64,000 nucleotides of DNA from Eledone cirrhosa (Eukaryota): NCBI GenBank assembly GCA_964016885.1, contig OZ024747.1:72850001-72914000 (forward strand), written 5' to 3'. The notes under the pieces were generated by a model. The model was not told the DNA's origin. It ran no database searches and worked only from the letters and a program-made list of their open reading frames with translations. The position numbers were made by a program, and so were the translations under genes. Positions 37,301 through 50,233 of the stretch are shown here, in pieces (the stretch's first letter is position 1; every line of letters begins with the position of its first letter).

Positions 37301-38004
37301 TTGATGAGCTTCCATGCCTGGGTCAACTTTTCATCTTTGTTTGAGAGGTCCATGTTGAAGCATGGCCTCTTTTTTGCTGCTGTCGCAGCGAAAGTGTTCT
37401 TGTTTTCGTTGGGGGTGTTGTGGTCGTTGTTGTTGTTCTTGTTGGTGTTGTTGTTAGCACTGTCGCTGTTATCATTGTTGTCTTTGTTGCCACCGTTGTT
37501 CTCGGTGCAGTTGGTATTGTTGCTGTTGGTGTTGTCGCTATTTGTTTTCATGTTAGTGGTGTTGATATTGTTATTGTATTTGTTATTTTTTTTTTGTTAT
37601 CTGTATTTTCGTTGTCGCTGTTACTGTCATTTTTTTTCCAAATTAGTGTTCTTATTGGTATCATTGGTGTCTTTGTTTACATTGTTTGTGGTGGTGTTTG
37701 TGTTATCAATTTGTGTTCATTTCGCCGTAGCGCTCCTCTCAACTTCCACGTCGTTGTGGCACGACAGCAGACATATCGCTGGGGGGCGTGGCTCAGCCAT
37801 GTTTTTTTTTCTCCGTAAATGTTTAACATGTAAAAAAATTTCAAATATTTGGGCCAAAAGGCCCAAATATTATACTTTCCCCTTCACAAGGCAAAGTCTA
37901 AGGGCTTATATCCCTTACACAACAAGAAATATTTAACAACAAAGAATGTTAACAGGCAAATAAAGCGACTTACTGGGAACGAGCAAAATACGTCCGCTTA
38001 GACC
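34353..38004 (-). mobile_element. L1/Tx1-like element A, 5' half (5'UTR, ORF1, APE endonuclease, start of RT), frameshifted
   Basis: ORF1 36508-37551 has the CCHC knuckle CFVCGEKTHLRAFC. ORF2 starts at 36029: LNVRGL, AVSET, GDWN, SYIDRIF, SDHK, KSPGLDGL, NFRPITLLNTEFKI. Confidence 0.9.
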
Positions 38005-38034
<30 letters not shown>

Positions 38035-38035
<1 letters not shown>

Positions 38036-41000
38036 CTTTCTTTATTAACCACAAGGGTTTACATAAAGTAGACATTAAGGACAGTACAGGACAATACAGG
38101 ACGGTACAAATGGGCATTTATGCGTGTAAAAAAACAAAAACAGAGGATGTAACAAAAAATAACGATGAAAAATTCCCCAATAGGGGGGAGACTTCCGAAG
38201 GACATTTGTGGAGAAAGCCCATTAAAAGGCCACAGTGACCCTGACCACCAGGGCAAGTTCCCTCTCCCAGTTTTCCACCTTTAATTTACAGACACATACT
38301 CAGAGTAGGCCCATTCACTCGGGCCATTCTTGCTTCTCTCACTCATCTTTCAACAAAATGCTGCGAAGAGAACACTTCCCTCTCTACCCTGATTTTCCTT
38401 TTCAAATGAAATTTGAAAAAGTTAATCAGGGCATCACCGAAGAGGTAAGTGCTCGTCTTCAGCCCTTTCAAACGTGTCCACCATACTATCTCTTTCGCCA
38501 TGGCCACTAGATAGATAAAAACTGCCTGCCCTTCCCGGCTAAAGGAAGAGGGCGGGGCAATCCTCACAATGGACTCAGCTGATAGCTGGATCCGTCCTAC
38601 ACGTGACAGCAGGTGTTCGACATAAACCCACAAGTCAGCAATGCTCGGACACTGGACGAGTGCGTGCAGGACGGTTTCGTCGCCCTGCGCGCATCTGGGA
38701 CGTGCCCGGCTGACGGCAACTCCATGCCTGTAGAGTTTATCCCGAACTGGCAAAGCTCCTCGGTAGCACTGCAAGGCCAGGGATTTCTGGAAGTTGTCCA
38801 TAGGCCCCGGCCCGAAAGTTCTTCCGAAGAGATTGGCTAGTTGATTTTCGTCGACGCCTAGAGTTTCTCCAAGTACGTCGTCGCTCTTCCCCTCCACTAA
38901 TCCTCTATAGAAGGCCAAGGTGGAGTTCCCACCGATCACATTGCCCGATTGGTCGAGGGCTGTGAGCGCCTGAAGACATTCCAGTCTCCAAGCGCTCCCT
39001 CTCGGTCTTCGCTTGACCAAGGACTGCAGCTCCGTCAAGGAGACGAGCTGGGGAAAGACGCGTGTAGCAAACGGCGACCACACCTGATCACCGTCGAGGA
39101 AGAGGTGGAGATGTCGTAGCCTGAGCGCGTGTCTGTGCATCATCAGCCATGGCATGCCCAGCCCTCCACGTAGCGGGTGTTGACAGCAGATGGACCGCCT
39201 GACCATCGGAGCGCGTCCATTCCACAAAAAGCGAAAGAGAAAACGCTCCAGCGCAGTCAGGCGGGGCTTAGGACAAGGTATGACGGTCAGGCGGTAGTAG
39301 ATGACGGATGCGATGTACGCGTTAGCCACCTCCGCTCAACCTTTCAGGGATAGCTTTCTCGCCGCCCATTTCTCGGTGAGAGAAGCCACCCTGCTCGTCA
39401 CCTCGTCCCAGTTTTTGTCCGTCTTGAGGTCCGGACCGAACCAGACCCCTAGCAATTTAACCGGTCCGTCCGTCCAGCGCCCGAGGACGCTGTTGGACGG
39501 CATGGACCTGCCTCTCCAAGTGCCGAGCTGCAGGCCCACTGACTTTTCCTGGGTGATCATTGCTCCTGTCACCGCTTCGTATTCTCTTAGTGTAGTGCCG
39601 ATCGCCTCGATGTGTTTGGCGTTCGACACCACTACGGTGACATCGTCCGCATATGCTGACACGGATCTTCCGCATCCTAGTTCGCGCAGCATCCCCCTCA
39701 ACGTCTCCAGTTTGTGCAGTAATGGCTCGAGAGTCAATACGTACAAGAGGGACGAGAGGGGACATCCTTGGCGGACCGAGCGCATGATGTTGAACGGTTC
39801 CGAAAGGTGACCGTTCACTCTCACCACAGAGCAGATGTCGCTGTGCATGGCAGCGATCCAGCCTCTGAAGACGGGCCCAAAGCCAGCCGCCCTCAGGACT
39901 GCCGCTAGGTAACGATGGTCGACCCTATCGAAAGCTTTCGACTGATCTAAATTGATCAGGTTCCCTAGCTACCCTCTCTACGATGTATCGCATGAGGTGG
40001 AGGTTGTCGTGGATGGATCTGTCGGGAATGGCGCATGTCTGCGCCTCTCCCTCAGTCCACCAACGACATGCGCCAACCTCTTTGCTAGCACCTTGGCCTA
40101 AATCTTGAACTCTGTGATTAGCAGAGTTATGAGCCTGAAATTATCTATGTTATTCCCCTTGTTCGGATCCTTTCTCAGCAGCGCCACAGCTCCTCGGCTC
40201 ACAGAGCTGGGAATTCTCCCGTTCTGTTGCCAGTTACAGTAGACGTCCGCCAAGAGGCCTGCGGACAAGTCTGGCATCTGTACGTAAAGTTCATAGGGCA
40301 GACCATCCAAACCAGGCGATTTACCCCTTGTGCAGTCAGTCATTTCCTCCCGTACTTCAGCGGCTGTTATTGGCTTTTCGCAACACTCCGCCTCAGTGGC
40401 CGAGAGCCGCGGCAGTCCGTCGAGGTAGACACTAAAGTCCATCCCTCGATCCGGCCCTCCGCTGCCCCCGAACAGCTGTGCGAAGTGTCGCTGAAAATCT
40501 TCACACATTTGCCCGAGATCGAGGAGCATGCGCCCGTCGTCATCCACCAAAGACCGGATCGTGGCTTTGTTGCCACGGCGCGCCTCCGCCACTCGAGCCC
40601 ATTGAACGGCTTTCGTGCCCTCGTGTCTGAGAGCACGCACCCTAGCTCTGACAACGCAGCCTTCGTGCTTTGCATTGAAGAATTGGTCAAGGGCCAATTT
40701 CGCCGCAAGTACGTCGGTCGCGATGCTTTTGCTAAGCGCCTCGTCTAATTTTCTAACTAGTTCTCCCTCTGCTATATTTTTCTCTATTGCTAAAGCCTTA
40801 CTAAACCTAATGGACTCTATTCTAATCGCTCTTTTCAGAGCAAACCACCACTTGTTGTTGACGATGGCCCCCGTCAACGCCCGCTTAACTAGTTCGCTAA
40901 TCCGGTCTCTGTAGGCCTTGCGCGCTGGTAAGGACTTATTTAGCTTCCAGTAGCCGGGTCCTCGTCTATGAAGCCTATCTAAGTCAAGCACACAGATCAC

Positions 41001-43198
41001 GAATTTGTGGTCCGTGTAGCTGACTATCTTGAATTGTGGACAGCCTATGCTAGACCTATCTATTTCCCTACAAAATACTCTATCTAGATATGATCTGGAT
41101 GACCCTATGCGATTTGTCCAAGTCCACATTGGCACATTCGGGAAATCCAATCGGTACCTGTCAGACAGTTCAAAACTCCTGAGCTGGTTGGTGAGGCTCT
41201 TGCACCCTCCTCCCCTATCCGCTAATCCCACACAGTCCCAGCGTGCATCTAAGATCCCGTTCCAGTCGCCCACTAACACTAAAGAGCGGGACGTTCCAAG
41301 AAAGGTCTCCAGACGCCGGAAGAAATCAGGCCGTCCTGCTCCTATCGGACCATAGACGGCCACTAGCCTGAAAGCTTGCCCGTCCCCGCTGGTCACGTCC
41401 AGCACCACCAACTTACCTTCTGGGTCCAGGAACATGGCCCGTATGGTGAGATCCAAACCTCTCCGAAAAAGCACAGCAACTCCTCCCCCCGATCCAGGAC
41501 GGCTGGGAGATGCGTACACATCATAGCCGCCGAAGATCGGTGCGAAGGCCCGTGCTTCGGAGATTCTGGTCTCGCTGATGGCCACTACATCTATGTTTAG
41601 TGACCTGAGGTCGTTGAGCAGGTGGCCCTGCTTCCATGACGACCCCAAGCCACGCGCATTTATGCTGCCTATTCTGAGTGAGGTCATGTTGAAATGGAGT
41701 GGAAAAGATGGGAACGACCACTTACCTTACTTCTCGTAGAAGAAGGATAGTTTCTCCATCCTTTTCACTGCTCGTGGCCTCCTCCGGAAGTATGTCCTTA
41801 TAAATCCTCCTGGAGAGTGTTTGTCGGAAGTCTCCGATGTCTTTTGGAAATTTTTGTTTTAGTGTCGTGTACATTTTCTGTGTGATGCGAGTGATTTGTA
41901 TGTGTGGAGGTGGTGTGAACTTTTGGGTTGTTGTGTAGTCTTTTTCTGTGATGCTGGTGTTGTGTTGGATGTAGTGTAATAATTGGTTGTTGTTCAAATT
42001 TAATGCTGTGTAGTGTGTATCGTTTTGGTTGTTTTGTTTTGTTTGCGTTTGTTGTGAGTTTGTTTCTGTTTCGCTTTTTGGTGACTTTTGTGGTGTTGGT
42101 GATAGTGGTGTTGGGGTTAATGATGGTGATGGTGTTGGTGTTTGTGGTGATGGGGTTGGTGATGCTGGTGTGGATGGTGGCATAGCTATCCTGACTTTTT
42201 TGTTTGATAGTTTCTGTTGCTTCCCTCTGTATTTTGTTTTTGGAGGGGGAAGGAAGAGGATCTTTTCTTTTTTGGTTGCTTTTTCTTTTTTTCTTTTTTC
42301 CTGATACCGTTTCCCACTCCTCGTCGTCACAATCTGTCTCCAGTTGCGATAGGTCGGGGAGTGGAAAATCCTCCACAGGCGTTGGTTCTGGCTGTGGCGT
42401 GGTGGATGGTGTAGGCGCTGGTGCTAGTTCTGGCGCGTTGGGTGTTGGTCGTTTTGGTTTTGCTACTGTTGCTGGGGTTGCTGCTGTTACAGTTGCTTCT
42501 GTTGTTGCTGCTACAGTTGTTGCTGCCATTTCTGCTGCTGGTGGTGTTGATCGTTGAGTCACTGGGGTGGGTAAGAGAGGTGGCCTCAACCTTTTAGCCT
42601 GAGGGCAGAAAGCCCTTAGGTGGGTTCCTTCACCACAAACGACACACCTAGGCCTCTGCCCTCGACGATTACGGTGAGGTGGCTGCCGTCAGTGAGGTCT
42701 ATTACCTCTGGGATCACCTCAATGCATTTTTGGTCTGCTTGGATCAGGAGCTCCATCCCAGATCCGGACCAGTTCTCCTGCTTTTCTTTCGCTATTTCGA
42801 TTATCTTGGTGTTGGCTTCGAGGCCAGCGAGGAGGGCAGCCATTAGCCAGGGAATTTCGATAGCCGGTGGAACGTGGGTCACCCTGATCTTCACGAGTCT
42901 CTGGCCACAATAGCTTGGGACGAGTGTGAAGTCGTCACTTCTTAATGGGGCCATGGAGTGTTTTCTGGCCTCCTGTTGTGTTTCAAAGAACACGTCCACG
43001 GTTCCATATTTCTGCCCACGTCTGATGTGGGGTTTTTTTGCCCACACATGTCCCAAAGCTTTTTGGATTTGGGACTCGGATGCCCGTTCCACTCGGCGCG
43101 ATTTTATGTTAATCGTCCGATAAGACACGGTGCATAGGCGCCGATGCTCCATTTTATTAGGTGTGTGTTGGTGTGTTGGTGTGTGTGGGTGTGTTGGC

Positions 43199-43229
<31 letters not shown>

Positions 43230-43939
43230 GGGGCTGACCCTGTACCCATCTTTCTTTACCATTTTTTTGGCTTCTTCTAATTCCTCCTGAGTTACCTGGA
43301 ATGCTTCGCACTTTTTTGCTACTCTGGCAAAAGACAGGGTCATTTTCTTATTCTCATTGTTGTTGTTGTTGTTATCGTTATTTTTGTTATTGTTAATTTT
43401 AGTTTCAGTTGTGGTGGTGGTGGCGTCAGTGGTGTTCGGTGTGGAAGAGTTCATTTTGGGTGAATTCCTTTCGATATCACGAGATAATTTATTTTTTTCT
43501 TTTGTTTCTGTTGTCGCTGTGGTGGTGGTGGGGTGGCGGCTTCAACACCTGCAGTCATTGGTAATGGTCGGAAATGAATGTCTGCCTGAGACAAATTAAA
43601 AATATTGCTACTGCTTATATTTTTAGTTTTGGCAAACGTAGTAATATTTACAATGGTGGTGTCGGTGTGAGGTGTTAGTTTGTGAGGAAGGCTCTCAGAT
43701 ACTTGGTTCAGCTGTGAGTCGGCCATGATTTTTCAAAGAAATTTCTTTTTTGATAATTATAAAAGTTTAAATTTTGGGCTCAAGGCCCCAATCTTTTTGA
43801 GTGTCCTTTTCAGAAAACAATGTATGTGCACTTATATACAGTTAACAATAAACATTTTCCATAAATGGCAATTTTAAACAACTGAAAACAACAAACCTTT
43901 GCGGAGCTCACGATGATACGATTTACTACGTAGGTCGCC
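38035..43939 (-). mobile_element. full-length L1/Tx1-like element B (~5.9 kb), disrupted
   Basis: ORF1 pieces 43454-41722 (frameshifted CCHC knuckle near 42600-42645). ORF2 pieces 41687-40098 (APE), 39848-39336 (QGCPLS, YADD) and 39329-38343. AATAAA plus (ATT)n at the 3' end; (AAT)n at both flanks. Confidence 0.92.

Positions 43940-43993
<54 letters not shown>
43940..43993. repeat. (AAT)n microsatellite
   Basis: Directly visible; also at 38005-38034, 44492-44515 and 45979-45995. Confidence 0.98.
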
Positions 43994-44491
43994 TTCTGAG
44001 AAGTGGTATGAGCATAAGCCAGAGTCGATGATAGAAAACGATCAGGTAAAGGTGCTGTGGGATTTTAGGATACAGACGGACAAGAAACTGGAACACAATA
44101 GACCTGACCTGGTGGTTGTGGACAAAGAAAAAAGATCGTGCCTGATTGTGGATGTGGCCTGCCCATTCGACACGAGAGTGCAAGAGAAGGAGAGGGAGAA
44201 AATTAACCGATACCAGGACTTAAAGTGGGAGGTAAAAAGGATTTGGAACTGCCATGAAGTCAAAGTAGTCCCGATTGTCATAGGCGCACTAGGTACTATC
44301 TCAAAAAGTTTCCAGGGATGGTTAAAGAAAATTGGCCCCTTCACGCTTTTTGGAACGCTTCAAAAGGCATGCTTGCTGGGAACAGCAAGAACCCTCCGAT
44401 ACGTCCTGAATATCTGAGGCTGCAGGTAGTGGCTTGATATTCATTTCAACAAACTTTCCAGTTAACTAACATCAATAACTGAGACTCAAAG
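43994..44491 (+). mobile_element. 3' fragment of R4/Dong-like LINE (RLE domain)
   Basis: WDFRIQTD..HNRPDLVVVD, DVACP, KINRYQDL, VPIVIGALG, LQKACLLGT; (AAT)n tail. Confidence 0.9.
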
Positions 44492-44515
44492 AATAATAAT
44501 AATAATAATAATAAT

Positions 44516-45978
44516 TAAAAAAAACATTCGATAGTTTGCCACACAGTTGGATTGAAAAATGTTTAGAGATTTTCAAAATATCTCCCGTTGTCAGGAAGTT
44601 CCTGTCATTCAGTATGAAGACATGGAAAACGACACTCCTTTTGTATAGTGAAAAAAAATCACTGGAAGCTGGAGAAGTTAGTATTAATTGTGGAATTTTT
44701 CAGTGTGACTCTTTATCACCGCTTTTATTCTGCATTTAACCATGCACAGAATGCATCACCCTAAGGCAGATACAGATAGAAAATATCTCCCTAGGAAAGA
44801 AGGAGGACGTTGGTTAATCCAGTTAGATATTGCGTTGAAAACTGCAACAATTGGATTATCTACATATCTAAGGGAATCACATGATTGGATGATCAAACTC
44901 GTTTTGAAACACGAAAGCATCAAAAGATCATATTCCATTACAAAAGATGCACAAAGATACAGTAATGGACTACAAATTTCAGAAGTCCCATTTACTGCTG
45001 AAATGGAAAACACAGAAAAAGCAAAGCAGGTAAAAGTAACTGCAAAGAAAGAATTGCTACAGAAACTGGCTAAGAAATGGCAAGAAAAGTCTCTGTATGG
45101 AAAATACCCAGAAAGAGCTAACAATCCTGATGTTGACAAAACTTTAACCCATCAGTGGTTGGCATCCTCTGGACTGAAATCGGAGACTGAAGGACTGATT
45201 ATATCAGCATAAGATATCTGCCAACAAAAATTACCAGGCCAACATAATAAAAAATGGATAAAACCCATTATGCTGTGTATGTAAAAAACAACCAGAGACC
45301 ATTGATCATATAATTTCAATGTGCAGTCCTATAGCTCCAACCGAATACCTAAACAGGCATGACAGAGCTGCACAATACATACATTGGATAATGTATAAGC
45401 ATTTTGACCTGCCCCATCAAAAGAATTGGTGGGAACATCAACCACCTCCCATACTTGAAAAAGATCACATCTCAATCTTGTGGAACTTTAGCATCCAAAC
45501 AGACCGAAAAATAGATGCAAATAGACCTGATATAATAGTGAAGGACTTTAAAAAGAAGGTATGCCTGCTAATTGATATGTCCGTTCCAATAGACAAGAAT
45601 ATATCTATAAAAACATTTAAAAATTGAGCAAGTATAAGGACCTGGAGATAGAAATTGGAAAAATGTGGAAATTGAGAACTAAAACAATACCAGTGGTTGT
45701 AGGCGCTCTAGGAATGATACCTAAGGGGTCTAATGATTACTTATCGCAAATCCCAGGAAACCCGCGTATAGGAGAAATACAAAAGATAGTACTAATGGGA
45801 ACTGCCCATATACTAAGGAAGATTCTGTCAATATAAGTACATCAAAAGTCTAAACACCTAAAGATGCATGTGTGTATGTATGTTCTTTCTTGAACATGGC
45901 GGACCCTGTTGTCTCTTGAGGTCACTGGTTGTGACTTGGTGATAACTCGCATGAACATAAAGCAAGATAAATGCAACT
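44516..45978 (+). mobile_element. degenerate R4/Dong-like LINE fragment with an internal RT deletion
   Basis: FDSLPHSWI, GIFQCDSLSPLLF, LPRKEGGR, RHD, NRPDII, KYKDL, PVVVGALG, QKIVLMGT; (AAT)n tail. Confidence 0.88.
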
Positions 45979-46023
45979 ATAATAATAATAATAATTGTTA
46001 TATATATATATATATATATATAT

Positions 46024-46776
46024 AAATGTAAGTCCAAAGAATCATTAGATAAAATATATACAGTATTTCCTCTCCCAATCAGTATAAATTAACCACACAA
46101 AAAAATCATTTAAAAGAGGCTATAAGTTTAAAATGTACTTATGAAGAAATAATAGACAAATGATACAGATTCTTTTCCGCGATGTACAGCCATATGACAC
46201 TTACCTAGTATTTCTTCTAGCCTGTAGAAATTGACTATATAAATAGTTAACTACACGGAATTAGGTACAGAATTGAAGTTAGAAGAAAAAATGCACATAA
46301 ATTTTACCAAAATTTTCATAGTCTCTACCAACCGGTGGTTTCGTTCCAGTCTTGGATAAATCCACGAGGCTCGGAACGCACCAGGAGATACCCCAGCCTG
46401 GACTAAGATTCTTCTACCATGATCCCCGCCAGAAATGAATTCAAAATGGCTAAGAACCATCACGTGGCCAGTGGTCAAGGCAGAAAGTTTGTGATTGGTG
46501 CCTGTCGGCGAGTAGAAAGCGCAGCCGAATACTGCATAAAGTTTTACCCAACCTTACGGAAGTATATATTAAATTCAAAGGGTATATATATATAAATTAG
46601 ACAAAGTCACAGATACATATATGCGTTTGGCAACCATTCACGGTGTGGCTCAATGAAGAATGAATTAAATAATTATTAATCAAAGCAATTTATAAAAATG
46701 TAAGTCCAAAGAATCATTAGATAAAATATATAGAGCATTTCCTCTTCCAATCAGTATAAATTAACCACACAAAACA

Positions 46777-46781
<5 letters not shown>
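46024..46781. repeat. ~670-bp unit with an ~86-bp direct terminal repeat (pLTR/retrozyme-like)
   Basis: 46024-46109 is repeated at 46696-46781. Flanked by (TA)n, with a degenerate hammerhead-like fold at 46322-46390 (minus). Confidence 0.65.
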
Positions 46782-46864
<83 letters not shown>

Positions 46865-47403
46865 TGGGCATTATGTAGGGTGTCAGCATAGTAAGTTACA
46901 TACTTTATGTACATGTAATTTTGTATGTATGCATGTATATATCCATAGCTGTGAAGCAGACAACAACAGACGAAGGTTGTTATGACAATTTCTCAGGACA
47001 GTTGTAACACCTTAAGACAGCCGACCACACCCAACTATATACATACGCACACATACACGCGCATATTCATACATAAATACCCACACCAACCATACACACG
47101 CATACACACACTCTCTATATCTACTATATGGTATTCTCGTCTAAACCCCATTCTCTATATCAATTAACACTAAACTCTCCCCCTCTTTATATCTACCACG
47201 ACACTGCCTCGCTCATTCTCCCTCTCTATACCAATCACCACTACACTGTCCCCCTCTATATATCTACCATACAACAATCTCTCCCAACCCCCTCTCTCTA
47301 TCAGTTACTCAGGTAATTTCAATCCAAGCAGGTCATATTACATTTACAGCTTTCAATAACTATGAAGTGATTTTTGCAAAATGATCTCTGAAATCTGTCT
47401 CTG

Positions 47404-48168
47404 AATACACCTACTACCAATTGGCAATACACCTACTACCAATTGGCAATACATCTACTAGCAATTGGCAATACACCTACTACCAATTGGCAATACACCT
47501 ACTACCAATTGGCAATACATCTACTAGCAATTGGCAATACACCTACTAACAATTGGCAATACACCTACTACCAATTGGCAATACATCTACTAGCAATTGG
47601 CAATACACCTACTACCAATTGGCAATACACCTACTACCAATTGGCAATACATCTACTAGCAATTGACAATACACCTACTCCCAATTGGCAATACATCTAC
47701 TAGCAATTGGCAATACACCTACTACCAATTGGAAATACATCTACTAGCAATTGGCAATACACCTACAACCAATTGGCAATACATCTACTAGCAATTGGTA
47801 ATACACATACTAGCAATTGGTAATACATATACTACCAATTGGCAATACGTACTAGCAATTGGCAATACACATACCAGCAATTGGCAATACACATACTAGC
47901 AATTGGCAATACACCTACTAGCAACTGGCAATACATATACTATCAATTGGCAATACGTACTAGCAATTGGCAATACAAATACTAGCAATTGGCAATATAC
48001 CTACTAGCAATTGGCAATACACATACTAACAATTGGCAATACATACTACCAATTGGCAATGCACCTACTACCAATTGGCAATACATATAATAGCAATTGG
48101 CAATGCACATACTACCAATTGGCAATACACCTACTACCAATTGGCAATACATATACTACCAATTGGCA
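47404..48168. repeat. 22-bp minisatellite (CAATTGGCAATACACCTACTAC and variants), ~35 copies
   Basis: Directly visible tandem array. Confidence 0.97.
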
Positions 48169-48976
48169 AATAATGATAAGTGGAGAAAACGTTATGACCA
48201 GACAAAAAATTTGCTATAAAGTTTAACTTAATATATTACAGTGTTATTATCAAATACGAAGATATAAAAATCTTCGATATGAGATAAACATAACATGTAG
48301 ATAAATTGTAGTGTATATACAAATATATGTGTTTTTTGGTAGTTTGGGGAGAAAAGTATGATTATTGTGGGGATATGGCCAACCAGTTCCACTGCCTCTC
48401 ATATGTCTGCATGTCTGCATGCATGCGTGTATGTGTGTGCAAGTTATTGTATGTATGGATGTGTAAGATTTAAGTTATATGTGTGCATGTACATGCTTTG
48501 TATCTGTACATGTGTACATGCAGTTATTAGTTGCAGTATGTATGTATGCATGTATGCATGTATGCATGTATGTATGTATGTATGTACATATGTTTATATA
48601 TATATATGTATGTGTGTATGCATGTATGATTATATGTAAGTAAAAACAAATCAACAAGGACTGCTGACGTTGGATCCACGAGACTGACGTCATTAAGTGG
48701 GATTAGATTCTGTAAAATGGATCTTGAAGGATCTATTGGTCACGTGAGGAAAACACAGATGGACATACAATCACAACGCGGCTCATCGATATCAAATTAA
48801 CCCATTACCTTTCATTTATTTGAAATATTTTAAAATATAAATTCTCGTCTTTTTTATCGGTCTTTATTAAATGATTTTTTTGAAAGCTCGTTATATAACA
48901 TTTTATCTGTATGTATGTATGTATGTATGTATGTATGTATGTATGTATGTATGTATGTATGTATGTATGTATGTAT

Positions 48977-49673
48977 GTGATGTCGAGATTTTGGAAAGCT
49001 CTATGTGTGACAGTATAGAAGCTCTTGTGCTTAAGCAACGACTCCGTTGGAGTGGTCACCTTGCCAGGATGAAGGATTCTAGAATACCAAAACAACTCTT
49101 CTATGGAGAGTTGGTTAATGGAAAACGACCGCCACATAAACCAAAAAAGAGGTATAAGGATTCCTTGAAAGCCTCTCTGAAAGACGCTAACATCTCTGCT
49201 GATACATGGGAAAATATTGCTGCTGATCGTAATAAATGGAGAAAGACTGTATATGAGGGAAAAGTTGCTTTGAGGCATCTCGAATCGCACACGAGAAAGT
49301 AAAGCGGGACGTGAGGAAGGGCATTGCTGTTGCACTTCCAGACGGCGAGGGTCCTCCTATGGTTCTGACATGCAGCGTCTGTGCGAGACTCTGCCTAAGC
49401 AAAGCTGGACTCGAAAGTCATCTTCGCAGTCATAAAGTAAGACCAGTGGTTGACTACCAGGCTGCTGTTGGAGATGCGACTCATCATGCTTGCCAGACAT
49501 GTGGTAGAGAATGTAAATCAGCAGGAGGGCTCAAGCGACATGCAAAAGTACACGAACTCCAACCACAGCCGACTATTCCCAGTGAATGTTTTGGTTGCCG
49601 ACTCTGTGCAAGACATTTTAGATCATTGGCTGGGCTAAAAAGCCACATTCGATCGCAGCACTGTTAGTTGCTA

Positions 49674-49737
<64 letters not shown>

Positions 49738-49816
49738 GCTTATGTGCGTGCGTGTGTGTGTATATATATATGAATATGTATATTATTATTGTTGTTGTCG
49801 TTATTATTATTATTGC

Positions 49817-49862
<46 letters not shown>

Positions 49863-49926
49863 GTTATTAATGTATGTGTGTATATATGTGTGAGTGTATG
49901 TGTATGTGTGTATGTATATATGTATG

Positions 49927-49965
<39 letters not shown>

Positions 49966-50113
49966 CTTTTTTTTTTTTTTTTTTAATTTATTTATTATTA
50001 TTATTATTATTATTTTATTATTATTATTTTTTTTTTATTTTATTTTATTTTATTTTATTTATTTATTTTTTTCTTGTGCAATGGCCATACTCGATAACGA
50101 GGGGGCAGCCATC
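48977..50113 (+). mobile_element. 5'-truncated RTE (BovB-like) LINE with three C-terminal C2H2 fingers; 3'UTR filled with microsatellites
   Basis: RLRWSGHLARMKDSRIPKQLFYGEL..GKRP..KPKKRYKDSLK, then CSVC..HLRSH, CQTC..HAKVH and CRLC..HIRSQH. 3' terminal motif TGGCCATACTCGATAACGAGGGGGCAGCCATC at 50081-50113. Confidence 0.85.
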
Positions 50114-50170
50114 ATATATATATACATATGTATGTATGTGTATGTATATATATATATATACATATGTATG

Positions 50171-50232
<62 letters not shown>

Positions 50233-50233
<1 letters not shown>

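Noticed and set aside
36490-37936. Hydrophobic plus-strand ORFs resembling membrane proteins (also 42003-42557)
   Set aside because: They are antisense shadows of A/C-rich Tx1 ORF1 and 5'UTR sequence.
47404-48168. CRISPR-like array (also 59681-59923)
   Set aside because: No unique spacers, no cas genes, and a eukaryotic context; these are plain minisatellites.
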